From the human T2T-CHM13v2.0 reference genome, Homo sapiens, in the NCBI RefSeq assembly GCF_009914755.1, contig NC_060947.1: DNA of 64,000 nt; one strand, 5' to 3'. The notes under the pieces were generated by a model. It saw only the letters and a list, made by a program, of their open reading frames with translations. It did not search any database and had not been told where the DNA came from. Numbering within the stretch: the first letter of the stretch is position 1; the number at the start of each line of letters is the position of its first letter. Positions 27,601 to 38,199 of this stretch are shown here, in pieces. The position numbers and the translations under genes were made by a program.

Positions 27601-28989
27601 GCATGTTTCCCACACTAGCAAAGTCTTGCCCTCCTTATGTTTAGCAAAACCAGGGCTGAATAGCATTCAGCACTCTCTTTTCTAGTTTCTGACAAGCAAC
27701 TGGCTTGTCCCAGAATCTGGCAAGGTTTGATTAATCTCTCAATCCTGCGTTTGCCAAATCTACTTTCTTCACCCTTTCAAAATTCAGAATAATGATTCTC
27801 CATTTTAAAACTTCAGAAGATAGTCAATAGGTCTGTGATTTAGTTTGCAAATTCTCTTGTTTCTCTAAGATCCCATTTTATTAGCCCCAAAGGGTCTATC
27901 TTTCAAATTTTTATTTATTTAATCAAAGTTTCCTTTACCCTATTCATTACAAGGACGACTGTACTCGACACAAAGGCAGTGGAATATGCAACAGATATTT
28001 ACTTCTCATAACAGTCTTCATAGTAGGAATTGCTCACCTGGCCTACATTGAACTTGCAGGCATCTCAGAGAAAGGCAGAGGAGCATGTTCTGGTAGGAAC
28101 AAAACCTTAGTTATCTACCCAGTCAGCAAAGAAACATCATTATTTTCCAGTATCAAATATTTTATCTATAAGTAAAAAATAGTGCAAATTTTTCAAATTT
28201 GGAATTCAAAGTTAAGATAAAGTCAATTTCATGTTTGATGGTGATCTATAACAGGCATTCTATAGCTGTTGGCTATGTACATATTATGCAATATTTTGAA
28301 ATAGTCTTCCATCATCCTTTAAAACGAAGTCATTATAGGCACTGTTCATATTATTATTATCATGGGTGTTGAAAAAATGTTTAATTCTTAAAAGCTGTGC
28401 ATGCTGTTCCTAGGTCAGGTAGTTTCAATTTCATATTGAAAATGGCATTAATAAACAAGAACAAATCTTATTCACTGATCTCCTTGGAATGATGCCTCCA
28501 TCTTTTATCTGTACAGAGGTCTTCAGGGAAATGAATAATGTTTGAGGTTAGCATGACCTGGGCAGCTAGGAGATCCAAAAGACTCAAGATATGAAATACA
28601 GTTACTAACTCTTGTTCTTCTGTAGACCATTCACGAGTTTCCATCACAGCTTGCCCAGTCTTTGTGTGAATGAGGAAAAGGCACCTTTTGGGGGTATCTG
28701 CTCTGACTTAGGAAGAAGCGCTTGGATTTCAGCGTCCCCTAACCTCCTCACTGGGTGACCCTGTGAGGGGCTCAGCCTGAACAACCCTGAAAAGAAGGGT
28801 GAAACTGTTGGTGGCCCCTCTGGCAGGAGAGGGAGAAAGCAGGGAGAAGAAACAGTAGGCAGGGCGCAGAAGGCTCGTGGCAAAGGAAAGAGGCTGGGAG
28901 GGGAGAAAGGGAGAGAAGCAGAGGAGATATGTAGGTCACTGGTAGTGTTAATGATGATAGCAATAATAATCATCTCGAACATCAGTCAG

Positions 28990-29195
28990 ATCTTTATTAA
29001 GCATCCAGCATTCTGATGCTTCACATGTATGAACCCATCAATCCTCTTAAAAACTCAGAAAGATGAGTACTGTTATTATCTCATTTTACAGATGGAGAAA
29101 CTGGAGCACAGAGAGGTGGAGAAACATGCCCAATGTCACAAAGCTATTAAGTGGCATAACCAGGATGTGAGTCAGGCCATCTGATGCTCCCTCTT
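28990..29195 (-). mobile_element. MIR
   Basis: ctgttattatctcattttacagatggagaaactggagcacagagagg...cccaatgtcaca. Confidence 0.8.
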
Positions 29196-29461
29196 AAGCA
29201 TGTGAAGTGATCACTGCAGAACACATAATGTGCCACCCACACTGTCACGACATTCCAGCTATTATTATTGGTGTACGTGCAGCACACACACACATAAATA
29301 CACAAACACACAAACACACACACACCATGGACAGGAAGCAAATTACCATTGCCATTGCCATTACTATGTGCACATAAATGAATTGGCCTCGGGTGCCTCT
29401 CTTTATGCTTATTTGAAAACAGTATTTTGATGAAATGGACATGTCACCAATGCCCATACTT

Positions 29462-29575
29462 AGGGTGACCAACTCGTCCTAGTTTGCCTAGTATTTCAGC
29501 AGTTTTGGCACCAAAAGTCACCCGTGTCCAGGGAAACCCCTCATTCCTGGGCAATCAGAACAGTTGGTCACACTA
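29462..29575. mobile_element. MER94
   Basis: TIRs agggtgaccaac ... gttggtcacact. Confidence 0.85.
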
Positions 29576-29814
29576 CCCATACTAATATCAAGAACCAAAT
29601 GTATGTTTTGTTATTTCTTCCCACTGAATACACAAGGGGGCATTGTAACCATTCAGTCATGCATTCCTCAAACATTTATTGAGCGCCTAATCAGAGGTGT
29701 GATTGCTGCCCAAGAACCTAGCTCTGAGGATGGTGCAGGGTGACAGGAGAGTGAGAAACCTTCTGTGATTCTCGCATCAGGAAGAATAAGCCATGTATTC
29801 AAGGGAACAAACAC

Positions 29815-30015
29815 ACTCAGAGCCCTTACTATGTGCCAAGCACTGTCATGAGCACCCTTACACTTTACCTTATTTGTTCCTCAGAAACACCCTATGCAAT
29901 AGTTAGTTACAATTAGCATCCTTGTTTGAAAAAAACAGAGGCAAAGAGCGGTTAAGTACCTCACCTGACATCATGCAGCTGGCAAGTGGCACAAAGCAGT
30001 GTTTGAACCCAGGCA
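29815..30015 (-). mobile_element. MIR
   Basis: cttactatgtgccaagcactg...acagaggcaaagagcggttaag...tttgaacccaggca. Confidence 0.75.
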
Positions 30016-30160
30016 AGCCCTCATTGCTCCACCACTCATGCCTCTAACTGCTATGCCATGCTACACTGGGACAAAAAAGGACCCAAACCCCATCAAGGAC
30101 CTAAGCCGCATCTGGATGGCCTCAGTTTCTTTAGCCCTGCTCAGGGGTTCTTCCCCAGCC

Positions 30161-30680
30161 CAGTGGTTCTCAACCCTGGATGCACATTAAAATCCCCTGG
30201 AGAGGTTAAAAAATAATACTGATTTCTCAAGGCCCCAGTTGCAGACATTTTGATTTGATTCAGCTGCTTTGGCTGGGCATCAGGATTTTTAAAAGCTCCT
30301 TGTGAGAATCTAATGTGCAGGTGGGCCTAAGAACCTAGATGGCTAGACCCTACTGTTAGCGAACTGGGCTACCCAGAAACCTCTAATCCATTGCTTCCCA
30401 AATGTTAATGTGCAGCTCCATCAGCTGAGGACTGAATTAAAATGCAGATTCTGATTCGGTAGGTTCGGGACAGGGAGGACCTAGAAGGCAGTGCTTCTAA
30501 CAAGCTCCCGGGGGATGTTGATGCTGCTGGTCAGCACGCTTCAAGTGGCAAAGATTTTAAACCAAAGTGTGGTCCTTACACCAGAAGCCTCAGTATTTCC
30601 TGCTTGTTAGAAATGCAGGCTCTCAGGCGCCACCCCAGAATCTGCATTTTAATGCGTATTTGACTTGGGGAAGCACTGCT
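30161..30680. mobile_element. Cluster of three MER5-family MITEs
   Basis: cagtggttctcaac (30161); aaaatgcagattctgattcggtagg (~30440); cttgttagaaatgcag...aatctgcattttaa...gaagcactg (~30605-30680). Confidence 0.7.
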
Positions 30681-31064
30681 CAAATCCTGAGCTCCCCTGC
30701 AGGTGCTGGGGTTGAATTACAAATATGCCAAAGTATTGCCTCCCCTCTTAGGAACTTGCACAGTGAACCCCGGGGCCCAGCTGTAAGCAGCCTCATTGAC
30801 TCCATGTGTGTACAAATATAAGTTTCAGTGTCGGTAGCCATGGAGAAAAGGTTGGGAAGTCCTGCTCTAATAGTCTTACTGCCACCTTCTCTCATGGCCC
30901 CAGCAAGCCTTTGCTCACCCTGTTTCTCCCACCCGGGCAGCCTTTGACGGGCCTCACCCGATTCCTGAAGGTCCAGCTCATGTCCTAATTCCTCCTCCAT
31001 GGAACCATTCCCATTTTCACATGGCCATTTCAACCCCATGGACTTTTCCTTCACATAAACACAT

Positions 31065-31245
31065 AATGGCACCTCCTATGTGCTAGGCACTGTTTTAAGC
31101 CCATAAAATTATTAATTCATTTAATGCCCACTTTACAGCTCAGGAAAACTGAGGCACTGAGCAGTGGGGTAAGTTGCTCAAGGTCACACAGCTAATAAGT
31201 GGCAGTGTCAAGATTCAAACAAATCCAGGTAATCTGGCTTCAGAA
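31065..31245 (-). mobile_element. MIR
   Basis: ctatgtgctaggcactgttttaag...aaactgaggcac...caaggtcacacagctaataagtggcag. Confidence 0.8.
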
Positions 31246-31316
31246 TCACTACACAGACCCCTTCTCACTTAGAGAAGAATTTGCAAATAATACAGAGTGT
31301 GGACAGTGAAAGAAGA

Positions 31317-31767
31317 TATATCAGTTTCCCATGGCTGCCATAAGGAAGGACTACAGACTGGGTGGCTTAAAACACAGAAATTTATTGTCTCACAGTTCCA
31401 GAGGCCAGAAGTCTGAAATCAAAGTGACAGCAGGGCCATGTGCCTTCTGAAGGCTCTAGGGAAGAATCCTTCTTTGCCTCTTCCTGGTGTCTGATGCTTG
31501 CCAGCGATTGTTGGAGTTCCTTAGCTTGTAGATGCATCACCCCAATCTCTGCCTCCATCATCACATGACCTTCTTCTCTGTGTGTCTCTGCATCTTCTCC
31601 TCTCCTTATAGGGGCAGCAATCATTGGATTATGGCCTGTTCTAATCCAGTATGGCCTTATCTTAACTAATTATATCTGCAAAGACTCAATTTCCAAATAA
31701 GGTCACATTTCGAGGCTCGAGGTGGACATGAATTTCTTTTGAAAGGGACACTGTTTAACTCAGTACC
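31317..31767 (-). mobile_element. MLT1 (B/C-like) solo LTR
   Basis: Homologous to 2965-3750; 5-bp TSD gaaga at 31312-31316 and 31768-31772. Confidence 0.9.
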
Positions 31768-32066
31768 GAAGAGCCCAAAGATTGTTTCAGGGCAGAAAAT
31801 GTCTCTTTTAAATGCTGAGCTCCTCTCTGTCTCAAAATAATGCTAAGGCCTTAGGACCTGTGACTGATACCCTCCAGTTTCGGCTGAAGAGCAACCCATA
31901 GAGCAGCCGTAAGCTTTGAACAACAGACCCAAATGTCTTCAGTGCCCAAATGACCATTTTCTACTTCTTCCCAGTGTTCAACATCTGATAGTGCTTGCGG
32001 GTTCTCCCCAGAATAAGTCAATCACATTGATTTTACGTGTACAACACATACGATCAAAACAGCCAC

Positions 32067-32233
32067 TTTTTTTTTTTTTTTTTAAGACACAGGGTCTCTC
32101 TCTGTTGTTCAGGCTGGAGTGCAATGGTACGATCATAGCTCGCTGTAGCCTCAAACTCCTGGGCTCAAAGTGATTGTCCCACCTCAGCCTCCCAAATCAC
32201 TGGGATTACAGGCATATGCCACCACACCTGGCC
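32067..32233 (-). mobile_element. Alu right monomer (FRAM/AluJ-like) inserted in the MDM4 retrocopy
   Basis: Single monomer; TSD aaaacagccactttt (32056-32070) / aaaatggccactttt (32234-32248). Confidence 0.9.
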
Positions 32234-33985
32234 AAAATGGCCACTTTTGAAGGTTTTGCAGGCGGCAGGTGCAAGATGAAATGATGGTTGTTGGAGTGGT
32301 CAAGCAGTATCCAGGCCACTGTCTAGTGGGGAAGCAACTTATGATCCATAGGAGCAGCCTGTGGCAATACTGTGGTGTGATGGAGGTCTTTTGGGAGGAC
32401 TACTTGGATGTCAGCAATTCTCAATGAAAGATCCAAGTCCTGCCTTTGATAAGCTAAGAAAGAATCTTGTCACCAGCAGTCTAGAGTCGTGACATGGATA
32501 TTCCCAGCCAAGACCAATGGAAGCAATGTGCAGAGGAAAGTTCCAACTCCAGGAAAATAACGAAAGAAGGCAGTTTTCCCACGCTGTCTACCTCACCACA
32601 GAAATGCAGAAATCAGAGAGAGGCAAATAGGTCCTGCCATTGTTTTAGTCACTCCCAGGTGACTTGTGGGTTTGGAATGAGTCAATACTGGAGCAGATAG
32701 GTGTTGGAATAAAAGTAGGAGCTACTGCTACTGATAAAACCAGCAAAAAAGTAGGGAATGTGAGGTGATTGATGTGGGAAAAAATGACCTTGAGGACTCT
32801 CCACCCTTAAAAGATTACACAGATATTGAAGTTACTTCTGAGGATGTGTGGTAGTGTTACTGAGTATAAGAAATTTAACCTTCCAAACAGGAGGTGTTTC
32901 TGTTGCAGGGCCTTGAGGAAAGATTGGTATTCAGACTCTTCTAAGTTAACCCATTCTCTGTTATCTTCTAAGTTAACCCATGCCTGTTATCACTGCTGTA
33001 CCTCACAAAACAAGGAAAATGAAGGAAAAAGAAAATAATGTCTCAGATCACCAAAGAACCATTACAGTTCCAGTTGTTAGAGCCAAAGATCTATATGCTA
33101 AGGAAGAAAAACGCCAACTTCTTCCCTGCAGCTCAGCAGATTTCTTGGATTTGGCTCACAGTTCTGAAAGCCTAGAAGCCATCTCAAGCTCAGGACAACA
33201 ATCAGATAGCCTTTCAGAACAGAGAGCAGATACAGAATGCATGCAGGACTGGCAAAACCTCTGGAAGTCATTTGGCATATGTGAGAAAAGACCAGAAGAC
33301 AGAAATATTATTCATGGAAGGATAGGCCATCTTGTCATTTGTTTTCACTGTGCCAGAAGATTAAAGAAGTCTGGTTTTCATGCCTCCTTTGCAAGAAGAT
33401 TCAGCTGGCTATTAAGGTTTTTATGGCATAGCTGAATTGGCAAGTTGCAGAGAAATGATAACCAGGACCAGGTCAGGGATCAAACCACCAGTATTGAGCA
33501 TCTCTACTCAGTGTAGTCCACTGTGTCTGCTCCTTTGTTCATGGAAACATTTGTGTGCCAGGATATTTTCCCCATCTAAATTCATATAAATTTGAGAGCA
33601 ATTCTTCAGAATTAGATTAATTTTGAAACTCCATTTACATAAAAATTACTTTAATCACTATATTCTTCCTCCAAGAAAGAGTTTCTAGGAGGAAGCAATT
33701 AACAAACAGAAAAATACATTCATTCACCACATTATCTGAAGAATAACCTTTTCTCTAGTTAATTTTATTATTCACCCTTCTTTTTATTTTTTTTAGAGAA
33801 TGTTCTGAAGCATAAAACCCAAAGTGGAGATTTTTGTTTGGGCTATGAGAAAAACACTCAACATAACAACAATAAAACATAAATAATTTGATGTGTTGTG
33901 GATCACTTTACCTTGCAGTCAAGTTGCATGATACAAAGAAATCAAAAGAATAAGTAAGAACCTTCAAAAACAAGAAATTTGTTCC

Positions 33986-34300
33986 AGCCAGGCACAGTGG
34001 TTCATGCCTGTAATTCTAACACTTTGGGAGGCTAAGGTGGAGGATTGCTTGAGTCTAGGAATTTGAGACCAGCCTGGACAACACAGTGAGACCCTGTCTC
34101 TACAAAAACTAAAAAAAAAAAAAAAAAAAAAAATAGCCTGGCATGATGGCGCACGCCTGTAGTCCCAGCTACTTAGGAGGCTAAGGTGGGAGGGCTGCTT
34201 GAGTCTGAGAGGTTGAGGCTACAGTGAGCCATAATCATGCCACTGCACTCCAGTCTGGGTGACAGAGCGAGACCCTGTCTCCAAAAAAATAAAATAAAAT
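33986..34300 (+). mobile_element. AluJ with expanded central A-run
   Basis: 18-bp TSD aaacaagaaatttgttcc at 33968-33985 and 34301-34318. Confidence 0.95.
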
Positions 34301-34440
34301 AAACAAGAAATTTGTTCCGTATATACTTAGAACAAGGGTTATCAAACATTTTTGCTAACATTCCCTTAAAAGAATTTTGAAAAACTGTAAGCTCCTTTGC
34401 ACACTTTAGAAATGAAGGTGTAATTAACATAAAATAAACA

Positions 34441-36205
34441 ATTTTTTAACTTTTATTTCAGATGCAATGGTATGTGTGCAGGTTTGTAATATAGGTAAAC
34501 TCATGTCATGGGGATTTGATGTACAGATTATTTCATCACCCAGGTACTAAGCACTGTACCTGATAGATATTGTTTTCTGATCTTCTCCTTTCTCCCACCC
34601 TCCACTCTCAAGGGGGCCCCAATATCTGTTGTTTCCCTCTTCGTGTCCATGTGTTCTTATTGTTTAGCTCCCACTTATAAGTGAGAACATGTGGTATTTG
34701 GTTTTCTGTTTCTGCATTACTTTGCTTAGGATAATAGCCTCCAGCTCCATCCTTGTTGCAGCAAATGACATAATCTCATTATTTTTATGGCTGCATAGTA
34801 TTCCACGGTGTATATGCACCACATTTTCTTTATCCAGTCTACTGTTGAGGGGCATTTAAGCTGACTCCATGTCTTTGCTATTGTAAATTGTGCTGTAATG
34901 AACTTACGCATGTATGTGTCCTTATGGTAGAACAATTTCTTTTCCTTCAGGTATATACCCAACAATGGGATTGCTGGGTTGGATGGTAATTCTGTTTTTA
35001 GTTCTTTGAGGAATTGCCACATTGCTTTCCACAATGGCTGAACTAGTTTACTCTCACCAGCAGTGTATAAGTGATCCCTTTTCTCTACAGCCTCGCCAGC
35101 ATCTGTTATTTTTTTTATTTTTTAATAACAGCCATTCTGACTGGGGTGAGATGGTATCTCATTATAGTTTTGATTTGCATTTCTCTAATGATTAGTGATA
35201 TTGAACATTTTTTCATATACTTTTTGGCTGCATGTATGTCTTCTTTTGAAAACTATCTGTTCATGTCCTTTGCCCACTTTTTAATAGGGTTGTTTTTTGC
35301 TTGTAGATTTAAGTTCATTATAGAGTCTGGATATTAGACCTTTGTTGGATGCATAGCTTGAAAATATTTTCTTCCATTCTGTAGGTTGTCTACCTACTCT
35401 GTTGATAGTTTCTTTTGCTGTGCAGAAGCTCTTTAGTTTAATTGATCCCATTTGTTGATTTTTGCTTTTGTTGCAATTGCTTTTGATGTCTTGATCATGA
35501 AATATTTGCTAGGTCTTATGTCCAGAATGATATTTCCTAGGTTGTCTTCCAGAGTTTTTATAGTTTTAGGTTTTACATTTAAGTCTTTAATCCATCTTGA
35601 GTTCATTTTTGTATATGGTGTAAGGAAGGGACCCAGTTTCATTCTTCTGCATATGGTTAGCCAGTTCTCCCAGCACCATTTATTGAATAGAGAGTCCTTT
35701 CCCCATTGCCATTGCTTGTTTTTGTCAGGTTTGTCAAATATCAGATGGTTATAGGTGTGCGGTCTTATTTGTGTGCTCTCTATTCTGTTCCATTGATCTA
35801 TGTGTCTGTTTTTGTATCAGTGCCATGCTGTTTTGGTTACTGTGATCCTGTAGTATAGTTTGAAGTTGTAACGTGATTCCTCCAGCTTTGTTGTTTTTGC
35901 TTGGGATTGTCTTGGCTCCTTAGGCTCTTTCTTAGTTCCATATGAATTTTGAAATAGTTTTTTTTCTGGTTCTGTGAAGCATATCATTGGTAGTTTGATA
36001 GGAATAGCATTGAATCTGTAAATTGCTTTGGGCATTATGACCATGTTAGTGATATTAATTCTTCCTATCCATGAGCATGGAATATTTTTCCATTTGTTTC
36101 TGTCATCTCTGATATCTCTGAGTAGAGTTTTTAATTCTTGTTGTAGAGATTTTTCACTTCCCCGTTAGCTGTATTTCTAGGTATTTTATTCTTTCTATGG
36201 CAATT
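34441..36205 (-). mobile_element. 5'-truncated L1PA (about L1PA13-15)
   Basis: Minus-strand ORF2 fragments ([22 protein letters not shown]; [15 protein letters not shown]; W..LKELKTELP); homologous to 6432-8160. Confidence 0.96.
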
Positions 36206-36854
36206 AAATACACAAATCTTAAGAGCGCCTTTCCTATGTGTTGTAGACATCTGAATAACCACCATCCAAAACAAGGTGTGGAACATTTCCATCACCCCAA
36301 AATATTCCCTCATACCTCTTTCCAGGAAGTCCCCCAAACATTTCCTGATTGTCACTCTAGATTAGTTTTTCTTTTGCACATCTTTGACATCTAAGTTTTA
36401 AAAATACATTTAACTACTTGCAAATGAAATAAATGATTAGCTAAAAGTTTCCCACAGTTGCTCAATTAGGAATGAAAGTGAATATTGGAGCCACATTGTG
36501 TATTATTTGTAATTTTCTATGTACTGAATTTTGCTTAAAGGTGTCTAGTTCTCACAGTTTGGTCCCAAGTATTAGCTCAATTGTTTTTGTGCTCTTTATT
36601 TATTATGTCCTGAATAAAATAACCTCATCAGAGTGGTAGGAACATTTGCAACCACAAGCTTGGTGTTCAGAGTGAGCCAACCATGTCACCAGTGCCCTTT
36701 CTAGAATGCTGTTGAGGGGAGAGGGGAGTGTGTAGGGTTAGGGAAGTGGGTTCCCTGTACATTTGACCCTACAGTTGGCATTTGAACTTCAACCTGCCTT
36801 GAACTATTGGAGAACTGTCTATGGATGAGCTATTTTATTCCCCAGGTAGACTGA

Positions 36855-37075
36855 AGTATAATGATAAGGGAACGGAAACTGGAACCAGAAGACCTGGGTA
36901 GGGGACTCAATTCTGTCATTACTGTGTGATCAGAGACAGATTTCCGAAACTTTCTGAGCCTCTGTCAAATGAGACTAAAACCTACATTCCTGGAATGTTC
37001 CAAGGAAAGTATTAGGTAAGAATAGTGAAAGTGCTTTGTAGAATGTCAAGTTCTCATCAGTGGGACTTTACTATT
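36855..37075 (+). mobile_element. MIR
   Basis: ctggaaccagaagacctgggt...ctgtgtga...ttctgagcctc...gtgaaagtgctttgta. Confidence 0.6.
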
Positions 37076-38199
37076 ATTTTAAACAGGTGCTATTTTTCCT
37101 ACTTCTTTTAATTCTCACTGAACATTGCATGTAGAAGATCTTAACAAGTATATGTCAACTGAAGGATATACTTATGTATAATAAATAACAATAATGAGTT
37201 AAATATTACTGTTTAGGGAGTCAAGAATTTACCAATTAAATTCTCAACACATACATGAGTATAGATTTCTTACATATGCTTAATACACATATATAAGGTA
37301 CAAGAAACAAGCCACATTCCATTTACAAGGGAGTGAGACACTAACTTCTATACTTTATTAATTTGAAGATCTGCATGGAAAATTGTCACCACTCATTCCT
37401 TTCCAACCAGTAAAATTAAGTAATGCCACATAATACAGCCTCTCTTTGGAGCATCTACTTTCTATCCTTAATCATACCTTCAGTTCTCTTGAGAACTGTT
37501 CCAAATATTTCTACGCTTATATAAATTGTAAAGCCAAGAACAAGAAATGCTGTTCTAGTAAGACTATACCATAGTTGATCTTACAAATCTGGAAAATTAA
37601 TTACTTCACCTGGAAAACCATTATTAAGGTTCCACTGTGAGCCAGGTATTCAGGCGGGAAATTGGATACAAAAACAAGATGGTGGAGGAGGTGCTGGCCA
37701 AGATGGGGTAAGCCATTTACATTCTACCTGTCTCACTCACTGCAACTACAAATTCTGGGCAGGAAACAAAACCATAACAACAAACAATTGTCTGAGGACC
37801 AAAAAATAAGTAATAGCAGGCAGATTGGGTAGGAAAAGCAAAACGATGAAGTCAGTATGATGGTGAAGTTCCTGTTTTTGTTTTTCCCTCTTCTGTCTCC
37901 CAGTTTTTACCACAGGGTGGCCCTAGTTGCAGAATTGTACAAGTGATTTTATCTACCTTGGGACTCCTCTCTTCCCTAGGTCCTCAGTCCTCTACTAAGC
38001 TGAGAGGAAAGAGAACAGGAACCGTAAATGAGAGGTTGTTATGGGCCAGGCCTAAAAGTGGCACACATCACTTCTGCCCACATTCCATTGGCCAGGACTC
38101 GCATATAGCCATCCTTAGCTGCCAGGGAGCATGGGAAATGTGTCTAGCTGTATGCCCAAGAGGAAAGTAAAATATAGCTACTAGTCAGGACTAAAAAAG

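Larger units (their letters stand above)
31830..34330 (+). pseudogene. MDM4: Processed (intronless) pseudogene of MDM4/MDMX: 5'UTR, decayed CDS (~31950-33431) and 3'UTR
   Basis: Recognisable MDM4 peptides in several frames: PLLKVLQAAGA, LRKNLVT, MDIPSQDQWKQCAEESSNSRK, KKFNLPNRRCFCCRALRKDWYSDSSKLTHSL (zinc finger), FLDLAHSSES, CEKRPEDRNIIHGRIGHLVICFHCARRLKK (RING), IKVFMA-stop. Exons are joined without introns; many frameshifts and stops. The symbol names the parent gene; whether this is the annotated MDM4P1 is not verified. Confidence 0.95.

Noticed and set aside
28640-28940. GC/purine-rich patch as a promoter
   Set aside because: Few CpGs, no island and no linked gene
32980-33435. 151-aa ORF as a functional MDM4-like RING protein
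   Set aside because: First RING cysteine replaced (KSFGICEKRP) and a frameshift removes the last CxxC; upstream CDS is shattered
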